Notes under the pieces: model-generated
What the model was told of the DNA's origin: nothing
The model's input: only the letters and a program-made list of their open reading frames with translations
Database searches by the model: none
Part shown: positions 17,219 to 26,250 of the stretch, piece by piece
How the letters are laid out: every line of letters begins with the position of its first letter
Numbering within the stretch: position 1 is the first letter of the stretch
Translations under genes and position numbers: made by a program
DNA from: a virus
Taxonomy: Duplodnaviria; Caudoviricetes
IMG/VR virus record: IMGVR_UViG_3300020282_000004
Span: 1 to 56,468 of that record
Length of the DNA: 56,468 nt
Strand: one strand, 5' to 3'

Positions 17219-19210
17219 TTATTTGGATTTTTTCTTTTTACTTTTCTTGCTTGCTAGTCCGCCTTTTTCAAAACCTCTAACAACACCTCTGTCCAAGTCT
17301 CTTAAAACATTTTCTGTTCTAGCTGCTGCTTTTAGTGATTTGTTTCGCTCTTCTCTTGAAGCACCTCTATCTCTCATATCTTTCATTACTTTTTGAGTAT
17401 TCTGTCTTGCCTTTTGTACTCTAGGAGACTCTTCTCTTATTGGTTTTGTTGCTGTTCTTGGTGCAGAACGTGAAGATCCTGAGTCTACTGTTGAAGGATC
17501 AAACCTTGTTTGACTTCCACCAAACTCTTCTGCTGGATCTATTCCCATACCACCAAAACCACTAGACGCTGGTGGGATAGGATCTTTTGATGACTGTACA
17601 AATGGCTCAGAAGTTTCGTTTGTTTCATCTACGCCAGGGGTTGTTCTATCGCTTGCATCTTGCACATCTGGTGTATATGCCTTTGTCATTTTATCTAACT
17701 GCTTGTACAGCGCATCAGTTTGTTCTGGAGTTCTAACTTCAGGTGCATTTGGATCATTGCCTGTTATCTTACCCAGCAGAGTAGATATTAAACCAGGCTC
17801 ATCCCTATTTGCTATTTCAAGTAGCTGATCGTAACGTCTCTTATCTACTTCACTTGTAGCAGGATCATCTCTTCTACGCTCTAACTCTTTTTTAAGTTGT
17901 CTAGTCTCATTCCACATGGCAAGTTTTACTGCACCACCAACTATAGGATTTAACACACCTATACCAGCAGCTAATATATTACCTTTCATGCTTTTCTGGT
18001 CTTCTATCATTTTAGAAAGTTCTTCCATAGTTAACTCTTTGTAGTTAACAGGAGTTGGCATTAACTCTGGCGATATCCCACCTGCATTGCCATCATCTCC
18101 CATATCGGAACCACCTCTACCGCCTACTGGAGGAGTAGGAGCTACAACTGTACCTTCACCTTCTACGGGATAGTAACCTGCAGGTATTTCCATTTGTGGT
18201 ACACCGTCTATAAAAGTAATAAATATTCTGTGACCAGCATCGTTAACGTACTCACGCATTTCTAGTAGTGGTCCTGTGCCATCTCCATAGTTAGCGTAGG
18301 CATTATCCATATCAAAGCCACCCTTTTGATCAGGGGCATAGAAAGGCTCATTAAATTGGTCTTCTCCACCTATAAGATTTGTATCTTCATCAGTAGCAAG
18401 TCCTCCCTCATCAAAGCCTAAGTCTTTTCTTAAGTTTTGAACAAATGCTTTGTAAAAGGGTTGTTCTCTATAAGTATATGGAGTGTCTACTTGACCTGCT
18501 GATGGGGCTTCTGTTCCAAACTTACGTGCGCCACGTTCTGCAATGTTTCCACCAAACTTTAAGTCTAAATTGTAATTATTACGTGTAGGCTCATCATCAT
18601 CGTCTTTACGATCAAATAATTCTGCCATCCTTCTATAAATTGCTTCTGCTCTGTTTTTTGGTTTATTTTTTCTGGCTTGAACTCTAGCAGATATGGCTTT
18701 AGGCGAGTTGTCTTTTTTATCATCATCTCCAAAAGCTGCTGCCATTATCTGTGAGTGTGTTTTACGTGGGGCAGTTCGTTTAGGAGGTTTTATATTTCTT
18801 GCTTGCTTTTCTATTCCTTCATAGTCCTTCATAGACGTACCACCCCTGTTCATTTGCACAGGGGCATCATCATCCATTACTTCTAAGTCTATCTCAGAAA
18901 GTTGTATATCCATTATACGGTCTTCTTCAGCATCATCCATAGGTTGTCCACCTATACGTCCATCTTCTGCCATTTGAGCGTAACCATTCTTAGCTTCAGC
19001 ACGTAAGTCTTCAAACAGTTTAACACCATGAAAATTTACTACGTCAGCAGGTACAACTATTTCCCCCTCACTAAGATTAGTTGGTATATCATCTCGCACA
19101 TTCTCTGCTGTAGAACCTAGTGGTATGTCATTACCTGATACAGGATCTTGACCTATAGTATTGTCTGGTACATCACCAAAGTTCATTGCCATTTGTTCTT
19201 CAAGCGCCAT
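17219..19210 (-). CDS. large head-associated protein with DDIP.NLSEGE.V domain and [FM]xxGG motifs
   Basis: 663 aa between portal and scaffold; conserved-looking N-terminal domain, low-complexity remainder. Confidence 0.6.
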   Translation of the reverse strand: MALEEQMAMNFGDVPDNTIGQDPVSGNDIPLGSTAENVRDDIPTNLSEGEIVVPADVVNFHGVKLFEDLRAEAKNGYAQMAEDGRIGGQPMDDAEEDRIMDIQLSEIDLEVMDDDAPVQMNRGGTSMKDYEGIEKQARNIKPPKRTAPRKTHSQIMAAAFGDDDKKDNSPKAISARVQARKNKPKNRAEAIYRRMAELFDRKDDDDEPTRNNYNLDLKFGGNIAERGARKFGTEAPSAGQVDTPYTYREQPFYKAFVQNLRKDLGFDEGGLATDEDTNLIGGEDQFNEPFYAPDQKGGFDMDNAYANYGDGTGPLLEMREYVNDAGHRIFITFIDGVPQMEIPAGYYPVEGEGTVVAPTPPVGGRGGSDMGDDGNAGGISPELMPTPVNYKELTMEELSKMIEDQKSMKGNILAAGIGVLNPIVGGAVKLAMWNETRQLKKELERRRDDPATSEVDKRRYDQLLEIANRDEPGLISTLLGKITGNDPNAPEVRTPEQTDALYKQLDKMTKAYTPDVQDASDRTTPGVDETNETSEPFVQSSKDPIPPASSGFGGMGIDPAEEFGGSQTRFDPSTVDSGSSRSAPRTATKPIREESPRVQKARQNTQKVMKDMRDRGASREERNKSLKAAARTENVLRDLDRGVVRGFEKGGLASKKSKKKKSK

Positions 19211-19391
19211 TTACTGTCTCCCTCAATAGCTTGAGCTTTCTAAGTACGTCTATCGCACCCTGCTGTCTGTGTATAACATGCGGTTCATGTGCTGTTTCTA
19301 ACGCACGTTGCCTTATATGTATTAGTTCATCTATATGCTTTTGAAACTGTTCGTAACATTCTTTATCATTGACCAACTGCTTGAGGTGCAT
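19200..19391 (-). CDS. small conserved protein downstream of the portal
   Basis: 63 aa, IHRQQGAIDVLRKLKLLRE motif, overlaps the portal end. Confidence 0.6.
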   Translation of the reverse strand: MHLKQLVNDKECYEQFQKHIDELIHIRQRALETAHEPHVIHRQQGAIDVLRKLKLLRETVNGA

Positions 19392-21486
19392 TGCCTGTAA
19401 ATCCTTGTTCTTCAGGTAGTGGAGCTGTGCCTATACCTACTTGTGAACCTCCACCTCCAGTAGTATCTGCTACACTTTGTGGGCCTTGACCTTCAGGAGA
19501 AGCTACACCTTGCTCTGGTGTTGGTGCTGGTGCTTGAAAACCTTTTAGTATCTCAGCCTGTATAGCTGCGTCAGCAATAGAGTTAGTTACCTTGTCAGGA
19601 TCTAAGTCCATGCTTTTTGCAATCTCACGTATAATATAATCCATCTTAGCAAAGGGTGCAAGCACTGGATTCTGTGCTACCTGTAAGAACTGCATCAAGC
19701 GTTGACTACGTACTTCATTAGCCATCAAACTCTCTGTGCCTGACGCATGTACTTCTAAGTCACCCTTTATATCTTCATCAAAGTCAAACTGCATGTTGAA
19801 TGCAAAGAATGCTTTGCCTAAAGGACGTATAAGATAATCATCCACATTTTTAACAACAGTACGGATAGAGCCGTTAGCAGCAGACATAAGCATAGAGATT
19901 CCAGAAGCAGTACGCCCCACTCCTTGAACTCCTGTTTGACCATGTGCAAAAGATGGGAATCCAGTAGACTCATCTGCTAATACTCTCGCTTTATCAAATA
20001 GTTGCATGTTTTCTTGTGCTACATTTGGAAACTTTGTACCAAAAATAGCTTGTCCTGGAGCGCCACCCTGTCTTCTAAATATCTTTCCAGGATATACAGA
20101 TAGGTCTTGACCAGGAACTAAGTTAGTCTCATCTACTTCTATAATAAGATTACCAGACATTGCAGCATTGTCAATAGCCATTCTCATAAAGCCATTCATC
20201 AGTGTCTGTGTATCGTCCATGTTCTCAGCAATACCAACACCAAAGAATGAGTATGGATTATGCTCGTATGGCACAGCGTAGTAAGGTATACGTGTAGGCT
20301 TAAATGGGTTTAGTACAAAGCGTAGTACTTCGCCGTTGCTTACCCATACATTACAGTTTACCTCATCTAAGTCACTAAGCTCACTGGGTATATCTACACC
20401 ATGTTCTTCTAATAGTTTTGTATCTACGTATCCCCAGAACTCTAATACCTCCCAACGCTCTGATTTTGGTTGGGTGTCATCGTCTTCCATAGTCATTTCC
20501 CAGTACTTTTGTGTATAGTCTGGTCCTTTGTCTATGGCATTCTGCACACCATCATCCATAAAGTATGGACGTGACTTTAGCTTGCGTAGCTGTGTTCGTG
20601 ACATCTTGTGTCTTTGTACAACATACTCTGCCTCATCCATATCCTTTGCTTCAGGGTCAGGGTAAAAATCCCATATAGAAACATGGTCACACTCTGGTAC
20701 AGTTTTTACTATGGGGTCATACTCACCATCTTCATTCCAGTTAGGGTATTCTTTGTCTACAGCAAATGCACCCTTCATTACACCTGTGCCTAGAAGTGCC
20801 ATCTCGAATGCCATACTTCTTAGATGTGTAGTAGCTCCTGACTCTTGTAGCTGATCATGGATCTTCTTTTCCATTTTTTTAGCTGCAACCATAGCAGGAT
20901 GAAAAGTAACTGTGGTAGCTGTAGTTCCATCACCCTCTATAATTTTTTCAGACACAGGCTCTAGTTTTTTATCCATACCACCTAGTCTTGCCTGAAGATC
21001 AATAAGAGTTTCTCCTGGCTTTAGTTCTGTATCACCATCTATCAGATACGGTCTTGGCTGTGGTGAACCCATAGCTGCACTAATAGCAGAAGTTGCTGCC
21101 TCTGCTCTAGGGTCTATATTTATATGTACAGATTCTGCTACACCGTCAGGCAACACAGTTGGATTCACAGATAAGGGAAACTTATTGTTGCCAAACAGAA
21201 CATCTACTATTTGACCATACGCTGCCAGTGTTTTTGTTTTTGTTACCTTTACAAAGATACGAGATTTTTCTGAATCTGTAAATTGAACATCGCTGCTATA
21301 CAATCCTCTGTAGTTTCGATATGCTCTTAGCCATCTCTGTTCATCAGCATACCTAGAATCTTCAGACCTCTTATATCTTTCTTTTACAAAACTAACTACA
21401 CTTGCTCTTTCTTTAAATATAGAATCTAGTGCGCCCTCTGCTGCAACAACCTCTGTTGTTTCAAACATTTCTTCCTGTTCAGCCAT
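19366..21486 (-). CDS. portal protein
   Basis: ~705 aa; WLRAYRNYRG, SRIFVK.TKTK, DFYPDP, PYSFFGVGIAENM, RTASGISMLM; after terL. Confidence 0.85.
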   Translation of the reverse strand: MAEQEEMFETTEVVAAEGALDSIFKERASVVSFVKERYKRSEDSRYADEQRWLRAYRNYRGLYSSDVQFTDSEKSRIFVKVTKTKTLAAYGQIVDVLFGNNKFPLSVNPTVLPDGVAESVHINIDPRAEAATSAISAAMGSPQPRPYLIDGDTELKPGETLIDLQARLGGMDKKLEPVSEKIIEGDGTTATTVTFHPAMVAAKKMEKKIHDQLQESGATTHLRSMAFEMALLGTGVMKGAFAVDKEYPNWNEDGEYDPIVKTVPECDHVSIWDFYPDPEAKDMDEAEYVVQRHKMSRTQLRKLKSRPYFMDDGVQNAIDKGPDYTQKYWEMTMEDDDTQPKSERWEVLEFWGYVDTKLLEEHGVDIPSELSDLDEVNCNVWVSNGEVLRFVLNPFKPTRIPYYAVPYEHNPYSFFGVGIAENMDDTQTLMNGFMRMAIDNAAMSGNLIIEVDETNLVPGQDLSVYPGKIFRRQGGAPGQAIFGTKFPNVAQENMQLFDKARVLADESTGFPSFAHGQTGVQGVGRTASGISMLMSAANGSIRTVVKNVDDYLIRPLGKAFFAFNMQFDFDEDIKGDLEVHASGTESLMANEVRSQRLMQFLQVAQNPVLAPFAKMDYIIREIAKSMDLDPDKVTNSIADAAIQAEILKGFQAPAPTPEQGVASPEGQGPQSVADTTGGGGSQVGIGTAPLPEEQGFTGNAPQAVGQ

Positions 21487-21685
21487 CATAATCATCCTTG
21501 TTAAAACAATCTAGTTGTATATCGTAAAATGGATTGTTCCGAAACTTGTTCCAATTAGAAGCGTCTGCTAATTTAAGACACTCTTCTTTTGTGTACATTT
21601 CTTGTGATACATACTGATTGCCTGTATATACCCACTCAGTTCCAGTGTTTCCCCATATACTTATTACTAATACAAAAGCTTTCAT
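21479..21685 (-). CDS. small exported protein ([FY]xTxExC type)
   Basis: Hydrophobic N-terminus, YTKEEC, second Cys near the C-terminus. Confidence 0.5.
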   Translation of the reverse strand: MKAFVLVISIWGNTGTEWVYTGNQYVSQEMYTKEECLKLADASNWNKFRNNPFYDIQLDCFNKDDYDG

Positions 21686-21798
21686 CACTTACCTTTCCAA
21701 GGACCATTATCAAAATCGTAGGTTTCTTGACATCTAGGACAACAATCAAACTTATCTGTATTATATATTATTGAACACTTAGGACAAGTTACTAACAT
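21685..21798 (-). CDS. 37 aa zinc-ribbon peptide
   Basis: MLVTCPKCSIIYNTDKFDCCPRCQ...; fills the gap between terL and the next gene; not in ORF track. Confidence 0.5.
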   Translation of the reverse strand: MLVTCPKCSIIYNTDKFDCCPRCQETYDFDNGPWKGK

Positions 21799-21799
21799 C

Positions 21800-23380
21800 T
21801 TAATATCCAAATGTTGAATCGCTGGCTTGGAAGCCTGATCGTTGTTTTGCAGGATTGTAATCCCATATGCTGCTACGTGGTCTTGTCATTATACCATATC
21901 TTAATGCATCATACAAGTGGTCTTCTGCTTTTGTATCCACATCCTCTGGATTCTTTTTATCCAGTGGTATAGCTGGTATCTGTGCAATAGTATTAACACA
22001 GTTGTCCATGAACACTAACATAGGCTTTTCTACAAACTCGTCTACCTTCAGCCGCCTATGTATTTCGTTTTTACCTGCCACACGTGATCCTCTTGACCTA
22101 TCTGATGGCCTCCACCTGCAACCTTTCATGTTCATTTGTTCAGCTAGTGACGGACCAGTGTCACCACGCTTGTGCCATAACGAGCTATCTAGCACACCGT
22201 ATCTCATTCCACCGTCTTCTACTTCTGCTTGCAATACTAAGTCTGCTAAATCAGAAGCTGTAACTTTAGATACGTATAACTCTCTGTATACTATAAGCTG
22301 TTCATCAGGAGCCATAGTAAACCAAAGCACTCCAGTATAGCTACCATACCCATAATCACAAGCACGAAACCTCGTCCACGACTTAGGAATGTCGAAACGT
22401 TCGATGACGTGTTTCGTTCTGTCGAACTCTGGGAACGCTGCTCCTTCGTTGATGTCCCAGTTCCCTTCGAGGAGTTGCTTTCTTTGATGCTCTGGTAGTG
22501 ATAGGAGCATGGCCTCATAGTCACCCTCTTCAGCGAGGTAGGGATTATCGAAGAGTGACGCAGGAATAAACCTACGCTTAAATAGAGGCTGACCTTCCTT
22601 GCTGTGTCCTTTAGGGAACTTAATAACTTTACTTGATTCAATGTCTGTGGCCCAGAAAGATTGACCTGCAGGTGCAGGATCTATAAACATCTTTTTTACC
22701 CAAGCATGCCCAGCACCACCTGGGTTTGTTGTAGCTCTCATGTAAAGCCCTAAATCTTTACCGTATGCGCTACGAAGACGTGACCTCATATAATCCCAAG
22801 CGTAAGGTGTAGGCCATTGAGTAAGTTCGTCAAATCCAATCCAGTTAAAAGCCTGTCCTTGGTAACGTGTGACATCGGTATCCTTATCCAGATACGACAT
22901 CCATAACCGTCCACCTTTAGGAGCAATCCACTGAGACTTACGTTCTGACCATTTGATCCCTGGTACTGCACGTGGATATAACTCCTGCGACTTCTGTATT
23001 AGTTCTCTTAGTTCCTCAGTTGTGTGTCGTACAAGGAGTCCTGAGAAGTGAGGATTGTTTAAGCCGTGTAGTGGGTCCGCTAGCATGGCGTAAGACTTGC
23101 CACCACCTGCTGCCCCTCCATACAATACTTCTCTCTCAGAAGAACTTAGAAAAGTTGTTTGTGGTCCTTCATTAGGCTTAAATACAACTTCCTGCGCTTC
23201 TTCAACGTCATACTCAGGTGCTACTACCTGTGCTGGAATCTGGGGGGTTTCGATTTCCACAGGCTTCTGAGTATGCACCGACTCCTTGGGTTTCGAGCTT
23301 CTCGATTTCCGAGAGCGTTTCTTCGAGCCACTTGGCAAGCTTGCGTTTAGTGATAGATGCTTTTCTACGTCTTTGCTCAA
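21800..23380 (-). CDS. terL: terminase large subunit (true start probably further downstream)
   Basis: Walker A GGAAGGGKS, Walker B WIGFDE, ATTNPGG, RNase H-like DYG...DHLYDALRY. Confidence 0.92.
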   Translation of the reverse strand: MSKDVEKHLSLNASLPSGSKKRSRKSRSSKPKESVHTQKPVEIETPQIPAQVVAPEYDVEEAQEVVFKPNEGPQTTFLSSSEREVLYGGAAGGGKSYAMLADPLHGLNNPHFSGLLVRHTTEELRELIQKSQELYPRAVPGIKWSERKSQWIAPKGGRLWMSYLDKDTDVTRYQGQAFNWIGFDELTQWPTPYAWDYMRSRLRSAYGKDLGLYMRATTNPGGAGHAWVKKMFIDPAPAGQSFWATDIESSKVIKFPKGHSKEGQPLFKRRFIPASLFDNPYLAEEGDYEAMLLSLPEHQRKQLLEGNWDINEGAAFPEFDRTKHVIERFDIPKSWTRFRACDYGYGSYTGVLWFTMAPDEQLIVYRELYVSKVTASDLADLVLQAEVEDGGMRYGVLDSSLWHKRGDTGPSLAEQMNMKGCRWRPSDRSRGSRVAGKNEIHRRLKVDEFVEKPMLVFMDNCVNTIAQIPAIPLDKKNPEDVDTKAEDHLYDALRYGIMTRPRSSIWDYNPAKQRSGFQASDSTFGY

Positions 23381-23663
23381 CTTCTATTCTCTTTTTTAGG
23401 CCCATATGTGATATGTATCGGCCTGTCTCTTTACTCAGCCATTGTGCTACTGCTCTGTAACTATACTGTCTGAGGTGTTGTTTTGCAAGCTCTAAAGCTT
23501 CTAGCTCATGTTCTATGGGTACAAGTAATCTGTCATTGTCAGGATCTAGTTCGTAACCAAATGGTATTTTCTTAGTAAACCTGACAATCTTGTGCCATTG
23601 TTTGTTGTGCGTTTTAAGAGGCTTTGGTAATTGCCAAAAGCCTAACTCTCTTTGAGGTATTAT
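23214..23663 (-). CDS. putative DNA-binding protein upstream of terL (non-canonical start)
   Basis: Frame open for 149 codons from ATA at 23663; IPFGY...ELEALELAKQHLRQYSYRAVAQWLSKETGRYISHMGLKKR is helix-turn-helix-like. Confidence 0.6.
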   Translation of the reverse strand: MIPQRELGFWQLPKPLKTHNKQWHKIVRFTKKIPFGYELDPDNDRLLVPIEHELEALELAKQHLRQYSYRAVAQWLSKETGRYISHMGLKKRIEVEQRRRKASITKRKLAKWLEETLSEIEKLETQGVGAYSEACGNRNPPDSSTGSST

Positions 23664-24028
23664 TCGTTTGCACCCTCTTTTGGTGGTAAATAAAAAATGC
23701 CACCACCACTAGTGACATCTACCTTGTCTACTTTACCAAGACCTGCTCTGTCAAGAACATCCTTGGCTGCTATCATTTTTTCTTTGATACCCAACTGAGT
23801 GGGATCTTGCAAAGCGCCCATAAGCGACACAGCAGCTTTCGGGGCAGTCCTAGCAAAGTAAGTCCTAGTTTTTTCAGCGATTTCATCTTTTAGTGCCTCC
23901 ACTATAGCAGTTGTACTGGAGTTGTCGCCATACCCAGCTAATTTCTTAGCCTGTACAACGTCACCTCCAGCATCATCAAACAGTACGTCCAAGAACCTCT
24001 GTTGTCTTTCGGTTAGTGATCTTGCCAT
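23660..24028 (-). CDS. terminase small subunit-like protein
   Basis: MARSLTERQQRFLDVLF...AKKLAGY HTH, AAKDVLDRAG; two genes upstream of terL. Confidence 0.65.
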   Translation of the reverse strand: MARSLTERQQRFLDVLFDDAGGDVVQAKKLAGYGDNSSTTAIVEALKDEIAEKTRTYFARTAPKAAVSLMGALQDPTQLGIKEKMIAAKDVLDRAGLGKVDKVDVTSGGGIFYLPPKEGANE

Positions 24029-24032
24029 TGTG

Positions 24033-24473
24033 CTAACGTCTGCCACCTCTAGCGCCACCTTTGGCTCTGCCTTTTTTACGCATCTTTAGTGGGTTTGCAA
24101 CTGTACCGAAGAATCCACCTCTAGCCATACCTTTTGGCTTGCGCTTCATGCCACCTACAGCCATGCCTTTCTTCTTCTTCATACCGCCTACGGCCATACC
24201 TTTTTTCTTCTTCTTAGCCATAGCACCTTTAGCCATACCTTTTTTCTTAGCCATACCACCACCGTACATTTTACCTTTGCCATCAGCAGCGTAGAATGGA
24301 ACTTTTTTACCATTCTTCATAACCATTTTAAGAGCGCCTTTAGCTGCTCCCTTCTTTTTCATAGCCATAGCACCTCTAGCCATTCCTTTTTTCTTCTTAG
24401 CCATTGCGCCTTTAGCCATGCCTTTCTTTTTCATCATAGCACCTTTAGCCATGCCTTTTTTCTTTTTAACCAT
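24033..24473 (-). CDS. extremely basic repeat protein (KKKGMAxG[AG]M)n
   Basis: 146 aa, about ten K-rich repeats; protamine-like composition. Confidence 0.65.
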   Translation of the reverse strand: MVKKKKGMAKGAMMKKKGMAKGAMAKKKKGMARGAMAMKKKGAAKGALKMVMKNGKKVPFYAADGKGKMYGGGMAKKKGMAKGAMAKKKKKGMAVGGMKKKKGMAVGGMKRKPKGMARGGFFGTVANPLKMRKKGRAKGGARGGRR

Positions 24474-25153
24474 TACGATTCATCCTCGCTGTAAAGATTG
24501 TTGAAAACTCGTTGCGTATCCCATACATAGTCTACGTTCTCTTTTGAGTTGTATATATTTTGATTCGGTCTAAAGTCTGGCGCACCTTGTCCAGTTTCAA
24601 ACCAAGCTGGGTGAGTTACTCTCACTCTATTATTGGGTAACGCAACAATGTTACCAGTATATTCCCCTGCATCTAATAGCTCCAACACGTGTGATTGTTT
24701 GTGTTGTGCAGGATCATCTGCTACTTCATTATCTGTATAATCTACAGTAAAGTAATACTTAGCTGGATAGAACTCACCGTCTACTTTGGCTATCCAGGGT
24801 GCTGGGGTTGCACGTGTTAGTGTGTACACAGAGTGTGTGTGAGACATACAATCCCAAGGCTGTGCTAAATATGGTGGTAACTCTTCAGGCCATTCATCCA
24901 ACGGTGTATCAGCTACTAGTGCGGTCAGTGGCATTCTAGCCCACATAGCACCACCATGTACGTTTTCTGAGTCATCATAGTCTGATTCGTATCCAGTGAA
25001 TAGTACTTGAAAACTCAGTGTTCTGTTAGGCATTGTAGTAACGCCAATTACCATAGCGTGTAGAAAGTCGCCATGATACTCTTCCATGTTCTTTGTGTAT
25101 TCTCTACGTACCCATGCTTTAAAGTACGGTATACTACTTGTTAGATACGGCAT
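24473..25153 (-). CDS. conserved hypothetical phage protein
   Basis: 226 aa, AAGGA RBS; VHGGAMWARMP, QPWDC, Y.FTVDY, QHKQSHV, ALPNNRVR. Confidence 0.7.
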   Translation of the reverse strand: MPYLTSSIPYFKAWVRREYTKNMEEYHGDFLHAMVIGVTTMPNRTLSFQVLFTGYESDYDDSENVHGGAMWARMPLTALVADTPLDEWPEELPPYLAQPWDCMSHTHSVYTLTRATPAPWIAKVDGEFYPAKYYFTVDYTDNEVADDPAQHKQSHVLELLDAGEYTGNIVALPNNRVRVTHPAWFETGQGAPDFRPNQNIYNSKENVDYVWDTQRVFNNLYSEDES

Positions 25154-25209
25154 ATAAAATCCTTTATGTTAATTTTTTTACTGTAACATAGTTAGATTTT
25201 ACATTCAAC

Positions 25210-25344
25210 CTATTTTTTCTTTTTGCCGTACTTAGTAAACTTTTTATCTTTGAGTAAAGAGCCTAGCATTTTAGCTTGTTTTCCATGTAGCTTAGAAGCT
25301 TTTTCTAAACCCTTTTTTACTTTTTTAACTCGTTTTACATGCAT
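25210..25344 (-). CDS. 44 aa basic peptide
   Basis: AGGA RBS; MHVKRVKKVKKGLEKASKLHGKQAKML...KKKK; not in ORF track. Confidence 0.55.
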   Translation of the reverse strand: MHVKRVKKVKKGLEKASKLHGKQAKMLGSLLKDKKFTKYGKKKK

Positions 25345-25356
25345 TTGTTTTTCCTA

Positions 25357-25566
25357 TTAAGTAAGTTGGCTTACAGGTTCAGTATCTTTTAAAGAGTCGG
25401 GTTTATCTGAAAAAGTTTTACTATCCTTATTATATAGTTTACCACTGTATATGTTTTCTTCCGTGGACAGCCAATTAGAAGACACTTCATCAGGAACCAT
25501 ACCTTCAGGATACTCAGCTACATTAGCTACTAAATTATTACTATCTACTAAAAAATATACGGTCAT
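25357..25566 (-). CDS. small hypothetical protein
   Basis: 69 aa, ATGA-coupled to the upstream gene. Confidence 0.5.
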   Translation of the reverse strand: MTVYFLVDSNNLVANVAEYPEGMVPDEVSSNWLSTEENIYSGKLYNKDSKTFSDKPDSLKDTEPVSQLT

Positions 25567-25856
25567 GCTTTTCTTTTTCTACCTGATGCTGTTACTGACC
25601 ATTTAACTTTCTTAGGTCCAGTCTTTTTTGATGCTTCTGATTTACTAATTCTACCAGCTACCTTTGCAGGTCTGCAAGCAGGATAGGGTCTGCCCTTGTC
25701 TTTCTTGCCAGAGCGTCCACACTTCTTGCCTGTCTTTACGTCACGCCAGTCTTCTTTGAACCACTTAGTTAGTCCACCTGGAGCATAGCCTCTACGACTT
25801 TCTAGTACGTGCCTTGACTTTTGCAACTGCTCCTCCCTTATTATAAGTACCTCCAC
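25563..25856 (-). CDS. small basic protein (DUF5872-like; start uncertain)
   Basis: GGLTKWFKEDWRDVKTGKKCGRS...YPACRP. Confidence 0.6.
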   Translation of the reverse strand: MEVLIIREEQLQKSRHVLESRRGYAPGGLTKWFKEDWRDVKTGKKCGRSGKKDKGRPYPACRPAKVAGRISKSEASKKTGPKKVKWSVTASGRKRKA

Positions 25857-25974
25857 GTGCCTTATACGTCTTTACAAGCCATGCAGACCCATATGCACTA
25901 GGCCACGTCTTAAACTTTCTTTTAGCTTCTGACTTTACTTTTGAGTATAGAGCTTTGTTTTTAGGTGTTGCCAT
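25792..25974 (-). CDS. small basic protein (DUF5872-like)
   Basis: PKNKALYSKVKSEAKRKFKTWPSAYGSAWLVKTYKARGG. Confidence 0.6.
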   Translation of the reverse strand: MATPKNKALYSKVKSEAKRKFKTWPSAYGSAWLVKTYKARGGTYNKGGAVAKVKARTRKS

Positions 25975-26243
25975 TATGCTTTCCTCGATTTAGTACCAGC
26001 ACACTTCCACTTCTTACGAGACAAACGTAGTGGGCTGTTAGGGTTTCGTGCAGCTTTGGGATGTTTCTTCATTTGTCCAGCGCTTCTTGCACAGTACGAA
26101 TCACCCTTGCTAGTTCCTGGCCTAATACGCCTACCACCATCTTTAGCTTTACCTGCTTGGCCGTAGCTTATTTTGATCTTACGCCCTGTCTTAGGGTTGG
26201 TAGTTGTCTTGGCAAACATCTTGCCTTTTGCTGGTTTAGCCAT
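25974..26243 (-). CDS. small basic protein (DUF6321-like)
   Basis: GDSYCARSAG...NPNSPLRLSRKKWKC. Confidence 0.6.
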   Translation of the reverse strand: MAKPAKGKMFAKTTTNPKTGRKIKISYGQAGKAKDGGRRIRPGTSKGDSYCARSAGQMKKHPKAARNPNSPLRLSRKKWKCAGTKSRKA

Positions 26244-26250
26244 GTATCAC

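Noticed and set aside
24033-24473. Tandem DNA repeats resembling an array
   Set aside because: In-frame degenerate coding repeats, not CRISPR (no constant repeat with unique spacers, no cas genes)
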